Source of the DNA: Polyangiales bacterium
Lineage (GTDB): Bacteria > Myxococcota_A > Polyangia > Polyangiales > Polyangiaceae
DNA: 64,000 bases
Direction: 5' to 3'
Assembly: GCA_038231275.1 (NCBI GenBank)
Contig: JBBRLQ010000013.1
Coordinates: 96,001 to 160,000 of the forward strand
Made by a program: the position numbers and the translations under genes. This document shows positions 29,093-38,286 of this stretch, in pieces. How positions within the stretch are numbered: the first letter of the stretch is position 1; each line of letters opens with the position of its first letter. Under the pieces are notes generated by a model that ran no database searches, was not told the origin of the DNA, and saw only the letters and a program-made list of their open reading frames with translations.

Positions 29093-29497
29093 TCAGCCCG
29101 GCGAGCGCAGGGGAGCGAGCGCACGCACGCGCGGATCGCGAAGCCACAACCCCACCCACGCGAGGACGCCGAGGAGGACGGGCAAGATGAAAGGCTCCCC
29201 CGCGCGCACATGCGTCGCGACGGCGCCGCCGAGGTACGCCGCGATCAGGATGGCGCCGAGCACCGCGGTCCGCGGAATCAGGTAGAGGACGACGCACGCC
29301 AGCTCGACGATCCCGATCGGCGTCAGCGCCCCCGCCGGGTACCCGAACTTCGCGAACCCTTCGACCACCGGCGCCCCGTGCGACACCTTCATGGCCCCGC
29401 TCATCGCCATCGCGAGGGCGGGCAACGCGCTCGCCACACGCCCTCCCCAAAGGGCCGCCTTGGAGGGAATCTCGTTGGCTTCGTTCGGCTTCGACAT
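29093..29497 (-). CDS. DoxX family membrane protein
   Basis: SG.MK, GYP, IG.VEL, PRTAVLGAIL..AYLGGAVATH. Confidence 0.85.
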   Translation of the reverse strand: MSKPNEANEIPSKAALWGGRVASALPALAMAMSGAMKVSHGAPVVEGFAKFGYPAGALTPIGIVELACVVLYLIPRTAVLGAILIAAYLGGAVATHVRAGEPFILPVLLGVLAWVGLWLRDPRVRALAPLRSPG

Positions 29498-29531
29498 GGC
29501 GACTTTTCCGGGCAAGTGGGTGGTTACGAAA

Positions 29532-29556
29532 GGTGACCAGCACTATATTGGTCACC
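29532..29556. promoter_or_regulatory. Inverted repeat GGTGACCA-N9-TGGTCACC, putative HxlR operator
   Basis: Perfect 8-bp arms between the divergent doxX-like and hxlR-like genes. Confidence 0.55.
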
Positions 29557-29584
29557 GGTGGTCCAACCGCAAGCAGGCACACGC

Positions 29585-29980
29585 ATGTCACCAAGGCACA
29601 TCCCGGGACACGAATCCTGCCTCGCCGTCCGCGAGGTCCTCGATCGCGTCGGCGACAAATGGAGCGTGCTCCTCGTCGGGATGCTCAAAGATGGCCGGAT
29701 GCGCTTCAGCGATCTGCGGCGCGCCATCGAAGGTATCTCCCAGCGGATGCTGACGTTGACGCTCAAGGCGCTCGAGCGCGACGGCCTCGTGCTCCGCACC
29801 GTGCACCCGACCGTGCCGCCGCGCGTCGACTACGAGCTGACCGCGAACGGTCGCACGCTCCTCGACGCGACCGCCGCGCTCGCGACGTGGGCGCAAGAGA
29901 ACCGCGTGGCGATCCGGGACGCGCGGACCAAATACGACGCGCGCCAAGCACGACGCGCGCGCCGCGCAGAGGGCGGATAG
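29585..29980 (+). CDS. HxlR family winged-helix regulator
   Basis: [42 protein letters not shown]. Confidence 0.92.
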   Translation: MSPRHIPGHESCLAVREVLDRVGDKWSVLLVGMLKDGRMRFSDLRRAIEGISQRMLTLTLKALERDGLVLRTVHPTVPPRVDYELTANGRTLLDATAALATWAQENRVAIRDARTKYDARQARRARRAEGG

Positions 29981-29983
29981 TCG

Positions 29984-30586
29984 GTGCGCCGCTTCGTCGT
30001 CATCGGGCAGAGCGCGGTCGCGTCCGACGATTTCCTGCTGGAGGATTTCGCCGGGACGAGCGGGCGCCTCGACGTGCTCGCTCGCTGCGTTCGTGCGGGC
30101 CTCCTCTTCTCGCATGGCGTACGCCGCGACGCGTGCGTCTACCTGGTGCTGCTCGGCGGCCCGCGCGCGCCGCGCGTCGTGCGCTTCCAGGGAGCCATCG
30201 CGAAGTACGTCCGCCCCGACGAGCGGAACCTCTCGGTGCAGCTGAAGAAGGTCCTCGCCTACCACGACGACGACGAGCGTGCGGGCTTCGTCGAGGTGCG
30301 CGCGGGCATCTCGGTCGCCCGTGGTGCGCTCGAGCCGGTGCTCGGCGATCTCGACGGCGCGACGCCCTTCGTCCTCGAAGAGGGCGCGCCCGACGTTCGC
30401 GAACGGGCCTCTGCCGAGCTGGCGAACGCGGCGTTCTTCATCGGCGATCACCACGGCTGGGACCCCGCCTCGCGCGCGCGCCTGGCCGAGATCGGCGCGC
30501 GCCCCGTCGGGGTGGGACCGGTCAGCCTCCACACCGAGGACGTCGTCACGCTCGTTTCGAACGAGCTCGATCGCCGCGAGGCCTGA
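29984..30586 (+). CDS. trmY: tRNA (pseudouridine54-N1)-methyltransferase-like SPOUT protein
   Basis: MRRFVV, GRLDVLARC...L.FSHG.RRD, PDER, FFIGDH.G, VGP.SLH.E....LV.NELD. Confidence 0.85.
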   Translation: MRRFVVIGQSAVASDDFLLEDFAGTSGRLDVLARCVRAGLLFSHGVRRDACVYLVLLGGPRAPRVVRFQGAIAKYVRPDERNLSVQLKKVLAYHDDDERAGFVEVRAGISVARGALEPVLGDLDGATPFVLEEGAPDVRERASAELANAAFFIGDHHGWDPASRARLAEIGARPVGVGPVSLHTEDVVTLVSNELDRREA

Positions 30587-30610
30587 CCTCCGGTATTCTC
30601 CGGCGATCCC

Positions 30611-33070
30611 ATGAGCCAGCAGGTCTCTCTTCCGAAGCGCGCGCGTGTCGTCGTCATTGGAGGGGGCGTCATCGGCACCTCCGTCGCCTACCACCTCGCC
30701 CACATGGGCTGGAAAGACACCGTCCTGCTCGAGCGCGACAAGATCACGTCGGGCACCACGTGGCACGCCGCTGGCCTCATCGTGACGTTCGGCTCCACGA
30801 GCGAGACGTCGACGGAGATGCGAAAGTACACGCGCGATCTCTACGCCCGCCTCGAAGAGGAGACCGGGCAGTCGACCGGCTTCAAGGCGTGCGGCTTCAT
30901 CGAGGTCGCGAGCGAGAAGGATCGCCTCGAGGAGTACCGGCGCGTGTCGGCGTTCAACCGCTACTGCGGCGTCGACGTGCACGAGATCTCGCCCGGTCAG
31001 GTGAAGGAGCTCTTCCCTCTCGCGAAGACCGACGACCTCTTGGCCGGCTTCTACGTGAAGGAGGACGGGCGCGCGAACCCCGTCGATCTCACGATGGCGC
31101 TCGCGAAGGGCGCGCGCATGCAAGGCGCCACGATCCTCGAGAACGTGCCCGCGCTCGGCGTGCTCACCAAAGGCGGTGCGGTCACGGGCGTAGAGACCCC
31201 ACTCGGCGACATCGAGTGCGAATTCGTCGTCAATTGCACCGGAATGTGGGCGCGGCAGCTCGGCGCAAAGAACGGCGTCGTCATCCCCAACCAGAGCGCC
31301 GAGCACTACTACCTCATCACCGACAAGGTGCCGGGCATCGACGCGTCGTTCCCGGTGCTCGAAGATCCCGGCTCCCACGGCTACATCCGCGAAGAGGTCG
31401 GGGGCCTCATGATCGGCCTCTTCGAGCCCATTTGCGCGCCGTGGAACGTCGGCGGCGTCCCCGAGGATTTCTCGTTCGGCGAGATCACGCCGGACTGGGA
31501 TCGCATGGGCCCCTACGTCGAGAAGGCAATGAGCCGCGTGCCCATCTCGCTCGAGGTCGGCGTGCGAAAATTCTTCTGCGGCCCCGAGAGCTTCACGCCG
31601 GATCTCCAGCCGATCGTCGGCGAGGCTCCCGAGATCAAGAACTACTTCGTCGCCGCCGGCCTCAACTCGATCGGCATCTTGACCGGCGGCGGCCTCGGGC
31701 GCGTGCTCGCGCACTGGATCATGACCGGGCGCCCCGACGTCGACGTCACCGGGATGAACATCGATCGCTTGCACGCCTACCAGACCAACCCCGAGTACCG
31801 GCGCACGCGCACCGTCGAGTCGCTCGGCATGGTCTACCAGTGCCACTACCCGACGCGATCGATGGAGACGGCGCGCGGCGCGAAGAAATCCGCGGTGCAC
31901 GATCGCCTCGCCGCGATGGGCGCGTACTTCAAGGACGTGAGCGGCTGGGAAGGCCCCGACTGGTACGCGCCGCCCGGCGTGGAGCCAAAGGTCGAAAGCC
32001 TCTCGTGGGGCCGGCAAAACTGGTTTCCGTACTGGAAGGCCGAGCACGAGGCGGCGCGCGAGGGCGTCATCCTCATGGACATGTCGTTCATGGCGAAGTT
32101 CCTCGTGCAGGGACGCGACGCCGGCAAGATCCTGAACCACATCTCGGCCAACAACGTCGACGGTCCCGCGGGGATGATCACGTACACGCAATGGCTGAAC
32201 CACCTCGGCAAGCTCGAGGCCGATCTCACGGTGACGAAGCTCGGAGACGAGCGCTACTGGGTGGTCGCGTCGGACACCGCGCACCGCCACGCCGATACGT
32301 GGATGCGCCGGCACATGGCCGACGCGCACGCGTTCGTGACCGACGTGACGAGCGGCTACGCGCAGCTCAACGTGCAGGGACCTCGCTCGCGCGAGCTCAT
32401 GCAAAGCATCACGTCGGCGGACTTGTCGAACGAGGCGTTCCCGTTCCGCACCGCGCGCGAGATCGACGTCGGCTTCGCGCGCGTGCTGTGCGTACGCATC
32501 ACGTACCTCGGCGAGCTCGGCTACGAGCTCTACATCCCGACCGAGCAAGCCGCGCACGTCTACGATCGCATCATCGAGGCCGGCAAGAAGGTCGGCCTCC
32601 GCCACGCAGGCCTCAAGGCGCTCGCGAGCCTGCGCATGGAGAAGGGCTACCGCGATTACGGTCACGACATCGACAACACCGACTCGGTCCTCGAGGCGGG
32701 CCTCGGCTTCGCGGTGGATCTGAAGAAGGAGGGCGGCTTCCTCGGCAAGGAGGCGGTCCTCGCGAAGAAGGCCGAGGGGCCGTTGAAGCGACGTATCGTG
32801 CAGGTCCTCTTGAAGGATCCCGAGCCGATGATGTTCCACGCCGAGATCGTGCGGCGCGACGGCAAGGCAGTGGGCTATGTGCGCGCCGCGTCGTACGGCT
32901 TCACGGTCGGCGGCGCGGTAGGCCTCGCGATGATCGAAGCCGGCGAGCCGTGCGACGCCGCGTACCTCGCGAAGGGGACGTGGGAGGTCGAAATCGCCAA
33001 CGTTCGGTACCCCGCGATGGCGTCGATGAAGCCGCTTTTCGACCCTGAAAACAAGAAGATCAAGGCATGA
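30611..33070 (+). CDS. GcvT-family FAD oxidoreductase (sarcosine/dimethylglycine dehydrogenase-like)
   Basis: VVIGGGVIG, TSGTTWHAAG, GPESFTPD, C-terminal GcvT fold (GELGYELY, SLRMEKGY). Confidence 0.9.
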   Translation: MSQQVSLPKRARVVVIGGGVIGTSVAYHLAHMGWKDTVLLERDKITSGTTWHAAGLIVTFGSTSETSTEMRKYTRDLYARLEEETGQSTGFKACGFIEVASEKDRLEEYRRVSAFNRYCGVDVHEISPGQVKELFPLAKTDDLLAGFYVKEDGRANPVDLTMALAKGARMQGATILENVPALGVLTKGGAVTGVETPLGDIECEFVVNCTGMWARQLGAKNGVVIPNQSAEHYYLITDKVPGIDASFPVLEDPGSHGYIREEVGGLMIGLFEPICAPWNVGGVPEDFSFGEITPDWDRMGPYVEKAMSRVPISLEVGVRKFFCGPESFTPDLQPIVGEAPEIKNYFVAAGLNSIGILTGGGLGRVLAHWIMTGRPDVDVTGMNIDRLHAYQTNPEYRRTRTVESLGMVYQCHYPTRSMETARGAKKSAVHDRLAAMGAYFKDVSGWEGPDWYAPPGVEPKVESLSWGRQNWFPYWKAEHEAAREGVILMDMSFMAKFLVQGRDAGKILNHISANNVDGPAGMITYTQWLNHLGKLEADLTVTKLGDERYWVVASDTAHRHADTWMRRHMADAHAFVTDVTSGYAQLNVQGPRSRELMQSITSADLSNEAFPFRTAREIDVGFARVLCVRITYLGELGYELYIPTEQAAHVYDRIIEAGKKVGLRHAGLKALASLRMEKGYRDYGHDIDNTDSVLEAGLGFAVDLKKEGGFLGKEAVLAKKAEGPLKRRIVQVLLKDPEPMMFHAEIVRRDGKAVGYVRAASYGFTVGGAVGLAMIEAGEPCDAAYLAKGTWEVEIANVRYPAMASMKPLFDPENKKIKA

Positions 33071-33116
33071 CAAATTTCGGTGGGGAGCTTCTGACCGCCG
33101 CGACGTAGGTTGATGT

Positions 33117-33710
33117 GTGGTGCGAAGCCCGCTCGCCGATGCCTTGGGGGATTTGGCGTTCACTCCGCCGCCCGTGTGGAGAGCGCGGACCGTCCTCGAG
33201 TACCTCGCGCCCGACGCGTGGCACTACGCGTACCCGCCGAGCGTGATCGTCATCCGCGAGCCGATGCGCGACGAGGACTCGGTCGAGGCGCTCGTGAATC
33301 GCCAGGTCGATCACGTGGCGACGCTCCCAAGTGGACGCGTCTTGCGGCGCACCGAGCTGACGGTCGACGGACTGCCGGCAATGGAGCTCGCCTACGAGTG
33401 GATGGGCGCGCGCGAGATCGGCGGTATCCAGCAGATCACCACGCTCGTCGAGAGTCACGCCGACGGCAGGCGAATCGTCACTAGCTTCACCACCGTCTGC
33501 GCGGTCAGCGACGCCGCCTTCCTCGCGCCGATCTTCCGCGCGATGCTCGACTCGGTGCGCGTCGGCCAGCGCTCGGTCTCCGCCGTGGTGCCCGCGCCCG
33601 ACTCCGAGCCGACGCTGCCCGCGATGGTCACGCCCTTCTCCGTGGGCTACTCGCCAGCAATCCTCGACGTGCCGATGCCCGGGATGCGGCAACGACGACG
33701 CGACGGCTGA
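33117..33710 (+). CDS. DcrB/DUF1795-like protein
   Basis: F.PP..W..RT, VDGLPA.EL.Y.W, FT.......F..MLDSV pattern. Confidence 0.55.
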   Translation: MVRSPLADALGDLAFTPPPVWRARTVLEYLAPDAWHYAYPPSVIVIREPMRDEDSVEALVNRQVDHVATLPSGRVLRRTELTVDGLPAMELAYEWMGAREIGGIQQITTLVESHADGRRIVTSFTTVCAVSDAAFLAPIFRAMLDSVRVGQRSVSAVVPAPDSEPTLPAMVTPFSVGYSPAILDVPMPGMRQRRRDG

Positions 33711-33717
33711 ACGCGCC

Positions 33718-34143
33718 TCAGCGCGTGCGGCGCTCGTGGGCGTCGAGGAGGCCGCGGTAGACGCGCGGGTTCGGTTTGTAACGATCGCCGAAGAACTCGC
33801 CGTCGTCGCCGTTCACGACGCGCGCGATCGCGGCGGCGACGGCGGGCGAGCGCGAGAAGCCGGCGTCGCAGTGGACGAGCAGCCGCTCGATCTTCGGGCG
33901 GTGAAGCTCGACGAAGTCCCAGATCGAGGTCGCGTGGGTCGGCGAGAAGAGCGTGTCCTCGGGGTGGACGCTCGACGCGCGCTCGATGTCCACGAACGAC
34001 AGGCGCAAGATCCCGAGGCACGCGTCGGTCGTGCGCAGACGCGCGACGTCGTCGGCGTGGCTGGTGATCGAGATGATGACGTGCGGCGCGTCGTGCGGAC
34101 GCACCGCCTCGATGGCGCTTCGGCTGTAGACGAAGAACTCCAC
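33718..34143 (-). CDS. Protein-tyrosine/dual-specificity phosphatase-like protein
   Basis: VIISIT, L.FVD, HCDAGFSRS (CX5R), PN..VY; GTG start with GGAG. Confidence 0.85.
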   Translation of the reverse strand: MEFFVYSRSAIEAVRPHDAPHVIISITSHADDVARLRTTDACLGILRLSFVDIERASSVHPEDTLFSPTHATSIWDFVELHRPKIERLLVHCDAGFSRSPAVAAAIARVVNGDDGEFFGDRYKPNPRVYRGLLDAHERRTR

Positions 34144-34236
34144 TGTCTCCCGTACCCCCTGGCGCGAGGGTATCGAAAGCGGCCCCCCGAAACGATGCAA
34201 ATTGACGCGCGCGCGCGACCCAAGCACGCTCACGCC

Positions 34237-35022
34237 ATGAGCGAACGAATCACGCGGGAGCGCGACGGCCACGTCCTCTTGATGGGCGTCAACCGCGCCG
34301 AGAAGCGAAACGCCTTCGATCTCGCGACCCTCGCCGGGCTCGCGGCCGCCTATGAGGAGCTCGCCGAGGATCCGGAGCTGCGCGTCGGCGTCGTCTTCGG
34401 ACACGGCGATCACTTCTCGGCAGGGCTCGATCTCGCGGAGGTCGGTCCGCACGTCGCCACGCACGGACCGCAGGCGCTCGCTGGCGGAAAGAAATACGAC
34501 CCCTTCGGCGTCTGGGGGCCGCCGGTGCCCAAGCCCATCGTGATGGCGGTGAGCGGGATCGCGTTCACGTTGAGCATCGAGCTCGCCCTCGCGAGCGACG
34601 TCGTGATCGCCGCCGAAGGCGTGCGCTTCCGTCAGCTCGAGATCGGCCGTGGCATCTTACCGTTCGGCGGCGCCACGATCCGCGCGACGACGCAGCTCGG
34701 ATGGGGCAACGCGATGCGCTTCCTCCTGACGGCCGAGGAGTTCGGGGCGGCCGAAGCGCTGCGCATCGGGCTCGTACAAGAGGTCGTTCCGGCGGGCCAG
34801 CACGTCACGCGCGCGCGAGCGATCGCGCAGCTCATCGCGCGTCAGGCGCCGCTCGGCGTGCAAGGGACGCTGGCGAACGCGCGCGTCGCGGCGAGGGAGG
34901 GCATGACCGCAGCGACGACGCACCTTGCGAGCCTCCTGCCCGCGATCATGGCGAGCGAGGACGCGCAGGAGGGCGTGAAGAGCTTCCTCGAACGACGCGA
35001 GGCGAAGTTCTCGGGCCGCTGA
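34237..35022 (+). CDS. Enoyl-CoA hydratase/crotonase family protein
   Basis: NR.EKRNA, FSAGLDL, ELALASD, E..RGI.P.GG, LLTAE.F.A.EA..IGLV. Confidence 0.9.
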   Translation: MSERITRERDGHVLLMGVNRAEKRNAFDLATLAGLAAAYEELAEDPELRVGVVFGHGDHFSAGLDLAEVGPHVATHGPQALAGGKKYDPFGVWGPPVPKPIVMAVSGIAFTLSIELALASDVVIAAEGVRFRQLEIGRGILPFGGATIRATTQLGWGNAMRFLLTAEEFGAAEALRIGLVQEVVPAGQHVTRARAIAQLIARQAPLGVQGTLANARVAAREGMTAATTHLASLLPAIMASEDAQEGVKSFLERREAKFSGR

Positions 35023-35043
35023 GATGCCCCCACGGAGGAGCGT

Positions 35044-35430
35044 CTAACCGCGCGCGGCTCGCGAGGCCTTCTTGCGGGTCTTGCCAGGCTTCTTCGCCTT
35101 GGCGGGCTTGGCGGCCTTCGGGGGCGGCGGAAGCGCGGCGCCCGAGACGATGTCGGCCTCGGCCGCGGAGCTGGTTTCGGGCTTCTCTGCAGGGGCAGCG
35201 GTTTTTTCCGCCACGAGCGCCTTCGGCTCGTCGGCCTTCGCACCCGCCGCCGACTGGATCGGCGGATCCGCCTTGGCGCTTGCGCCATCCGACGACGGCC
35301 CGCTCCAGCCCTTCTCGGTGAAGTCCTGGGACTCGACGTGTTTCTGCGCGCCGCCGCACGCAGTTGCGAGTGCGAGTGCGAAGGCCAGGGGGAATGCGAG
35401 TGCGAGCTGGGTGAGAATTCGGGTGTGCAT
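35044..35430 (-). CDS. Small lipoprotein with Lys-rich tail
   Basis: Lipobox ATAC; low-complexity Ala/Lys/Pro sequence. Confidence 0.65.
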   Translation of the reverse strand: MHTRILTQLALAFPLAFALALATACGGAQKHVESQDFTEKGWSGPSSDGASAKADPPIQSAAGAKADEPKALVAEKTAAPAEKPETSSAAEADIVSGAALPPPPKAAKPAKAKKPGKTRKKASRAARG

Positions 35431-35513
35431 CTGCGTCTCCTCGGGGAGATGCAATGCAAGAAGGCTGACAACGTACGCGAACCGCCCCTGCGGAATCTGG
35501 CGCTACCGGCGGA

Positions 35514-36161
35514 TCAGCGCGCCGCTTCGAGGCGCCTTGCGAACGCGACGAGCGGCTCCGCGACGCGCGCGAGGAGGCGGCTGTCCCCCTCTTCGATCAT
35601 CTTGCAGTTGCCGTAGAGCGACGCGTCGGCGAGCGTCGGCGCGCTGCCGAAGAGGAAGGGCTGCTTGGCGAGCGTCGCGAGGGTTGGGCCGAGGAGGTGG
35701 CGCGCGCGCTCGATGAGGGTCGCCTGATCGCGCTTCCACACGTCGAGGCAACCCGCGCCGAACTTCCGCTCCTTCACGAGCGTGTAGAGGGCGCGATCGC
35801 CGGGCGTCGGCCACGCGTCGCGCACGGCGGGCGACGCGATGCGGAAGAGGACGTCCTCGAGCGCGCCGTCCACGAAGTCGTGGTACGCCCAAATCGGCCC
35901 CTCGAACGGCGACGGCACCAGACGCGCGCCCCGCGGCTTTGCGACGAGCCGCTCGCAGATCGCGCGGGACTCGGTGACGACCGTGCCGTCGTCTTCCACG
36001 AGCACCGGGACGTAGATGTACCCGCCGGTCACGGTCGCGAGCTCGTTGCGATCGCTGTACGGCACCTCCACCGTGTCATAGGTCTCCCCCATGAGGTCGA
36101 GCACCATCTGGACTTTTCGCGCATACGGGCTGTAGCGGAATCGATAGAGCTTCATACCCAT
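35514..36161 (-). CDS. Glutathione S-transferase family protein
   Basis: SPYARKV, VPVL, ESRAIC..L, FLFG..PTLAD. Confidence 0.85.
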   Translation of the reverse strand: MGMKLYRFRYSPYARKVQMVLDLMGETYDTVEVPYSDRNELATVTGGYIYVPVLVEDDGTVVTESRAICERLVAKPRGARLVPSPFEGPIWAYHDFVDGALEDVLFRIASPAVRDAWPTPGDRALYTLVKERKFGAGCLDVWKRDQATLIERARHLLGPTLATLAKQPFLFGSAPTLADASLYGNCKMIEEGDSRLLARVAEPLVAFARRLEAAR

Positions 36162-36211
36162 TGGTTTACGCCGCCGCGCGGACACCTACGAGCTCCCTTT
36201 CTTCATCCGTC

Positions 36212-36230
36212 ACATGAGGATCTCTCATGT
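36212..36230. promoter_or_regulatory. LysR-type binding site ACATGAG-N5-CTCATGT
   Basis: 7-bp inverted repeat containing T-N11-A, between the divergent GST and LysR genes. Confidence 0.65.
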
Positions 36231-36242
36231 ATCCTCGAGCCG

Positions 36243-37160
36243 GTGAAGAGCGACGAGGTCCCTGCGCCCCTGCCGCCGCTGAACGCGCTGCGGGCGTTCG
36301 AGTCGGCGGCGCGTCACCTCAGCTTCACGCGCGCCGGCGCCGAGCTGTTCGTGACGCAGACGGCGATCAGCCATCAGATCAAGCTCCTCGAGGGATACCT
36401 CGGGCGGCCGCTCTTCGTCCGTGGGCACCGCGCGCTCACGCTCACGGTGGACGGACAAGCGTGGGCGAGCGAGCTTCGTGAGATCTTCGGGCGGCTCGAG
36501 CAGGCCAACCGCCGACTTCGCGCGCGCCCCGCGGCGGAGCGACCGGTCGTGGCGGTGAGCGTCATCCCTTCATTCGGCGCCGGCTGGCTCGTGCCGCGCC
36601 TCGGGCGCTTCCTCGCCGCCCACCCCGGCATCGACGTGCGCATCTCCGCGAGCGGTCACCTCGTCGACTTCGGGACGGAGCCGATTGATCTGGGAATCCG
36701 CTTCGGGCGCGGGCGCTATCCGGGGCTCGTCGTCGAGAAGCTCGCCAACGACGCGCTCGTCGTCGTGTGCGCGCCGGCGCTTCGCGCACGCAGGCGGCTC
36801 GCATCGCCGGCGGATCTGCGGCGCCACGTGCTCCTTCACGACGACGATCCCGACGCGTGGCGCCGATGGCTCGTCGCGCACGGCCCCGCCGGGGTGGATC
36901 CAACGCGCGGCACCGTCCTCACCGACTCGCGCATGCTCGTCGCGGCGGCAGTCGAGGGGCAGGGCGTGGCGCTCGCGCGACGGTCGCTCGCGATGGACGA
37001 GCTCGCAGCGGGGCGCCTCGTTCTCCCGTTTCCGAAGATTCGGCCGCTCCCCGTCGCGAACGCGTACTACGTCGTCGCGCCGCGGAGCGCGCTCGCCCGC
37101 GCCGAGGTCCGCGCGTTCCGCGATTGGATCCGTGACGAGAGCGAAGCCTTGCGCGGATGA
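36243..37160 (+). CDS. LysR family regulator, GcvA-like
   Basis: LPPLNALRAFESAARHLSFTRA..EL.VTQ.AISHQIK.LE; WLVPRL..F...HP. Confidence 0.9.
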   Translation: MKSDEVPAPLPPLNALRAFESAARHLSFTRAGAELFVTQTAISHQIKLLEGYLGRPLFVRGHRALTLTVDGQAWASELREIFGRLEQANRRLRARPAAERPVVAVSVIPSFGAGWLVPRLGRFLAAHPGIDVRISASGHLVDFGTEPIDLGIRFGRGRYPGLVVEKLANDALVVVCAPALRARRRLASPADLRRHVLLHDDDPDAWRRWLVAHGPAGVDPTRGTVLTDSRMLVAAAVEGQGVALARRSLAMDELAAGRLVLPFPKIRPLPVANAYYVVAPRSALARAEVRAFRDWIRDESEALRG

Positions 37161-37173
37161 ACCGGCGTCACCG

Positions 37174-38274
37174 TCACATCACCCCGCGGCGGAGATCGGC
37201 GGCGAGCAGACGATGGAAGAGGTGCTCTCCCGCCTCGCGCCGCACCGACAAGCGCCCCGCGCCGTACGCGCGCGACTTGAGCCCCCGCTGCACCGACGCG
37301 CAGATCGCGTGATCTTCGTCCTGGATGCCGGCCGACACCGCGATGCTCTTCGCGTTGCGCTCGCGTGCCGCCTCGCTCGTGTCGGCGAAGTAGAAATCGA
37401 AGACGACCTTCATCGCGTTGGGGCCCATCGGAACGACGAGGTTCGTGTCGAGGTAGCCCTCGTACCAGTTGAGCATCAGGTTCGGGTACAGCCAGAAATA
37501 CTGGGCTCTCCCCTTTCGCACCTGCGACGTCATCGCGTCGCCGGTCCCCGCCTCGATCGGCGACGACTGGAGGCAGAAGCGATCCATGCACTCGATCGTG
37601 TACTCGCCGAACGGCAAGATGCTGTTCAAGCCGCGATGCAAGAACGGGATGTGGTAGCCGCCGTCCAGGTAGTTGTCGACGAACACCTTCCAGTTGCAGG
37701 CGATCGTCCACTCGCGACGCTCCACGAACTGGAGCGCGCCGAGGCCGAGCGGCGCGGCCATCGGCACCATCCGCCCCAGGTACTCCTCGAGCGCCGGCGG
37801 GCGCGCGCCGAGGTGAACGAAGACGAGGTTCTCCCACGACGCGACGCTCACGGGGACGAGCCCGTTGTCCTCTTTCGCGAAGCGGCACACGCCGTCCCAC
37901 TCGGGGACGACCTTGAGGTGACCTTCGAGAGAGTACGTCCAGCCGTGGTACGGACACCGCAAGCGCTCGGCGCGCCCCTCCGGTTCCGTCATCACGGCCG
38001 CCGCGTGGTGGCGGCACACGTTGTAGAATGCACGCAAAATGCCGTCTTTTCCCCGAACGACGACGATGGGCTCGCCGCCGACGGTGGCAGTGACGTACTG
38101 ACCGGGCGCCGCGACTTGATCGCCGCGCGCCGCGAGCTGCCACGTCGCACCGAAGACCTCGCGCTCCTCGAGGTCGAGCACGCGCGGATCGGTGTACCAG
38201 CCGCCGGGGATGGTGCGCGCCTCCTCGAGCGGGAGATCGGGATCGTAGCTGGCGATGAGCGCACCGAGGGACAT
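37174..38274 (-). CDS. Rieske oxygenase alpha subunit (choline monooxygenase-like)
   Basis: Rieske motifs CRH...CPYHGW; NWKVFVDNYLDGGYHIPFLH iron ligands; YPNLMLN.Y, EDHAIC..VQRGL.S. Confidence 0.85.
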   Translation of the reverse strand: MSLGALIASYDPDLPLEEARTIPGGWYTDPRVLDLEEREVFGATWQLAARGDQVAAPGQYVTATVGGEPIVVVRGKDGILRAFYNVCRHHAAAVMTEPEGRAERLRCPYHGWTYSLEGHLKVVPEWDGVCRFAKEDNGLVPVSVASWENLVFVHLGARPPALEEYLGRMVPMAAPLGLGALQFVERREWTIACNWKVFVDNYLDGGYHIPFLHRGLNSILPFGEYTIECMDRFCLQSSPIEAGTGDAMTSQVRKGRAQYFWLYPNLMLNWYEGYLDTNLVVPMGPNAMKVVFDFYFADTSEAARERNAKSIAVSAGIQDEDHAICASVQRGLKSRAYGAGRLSVRREAGEHLFHRLLAADLRRGVM

Positions 38275-38286
38275 GCCTTCTCTCCT

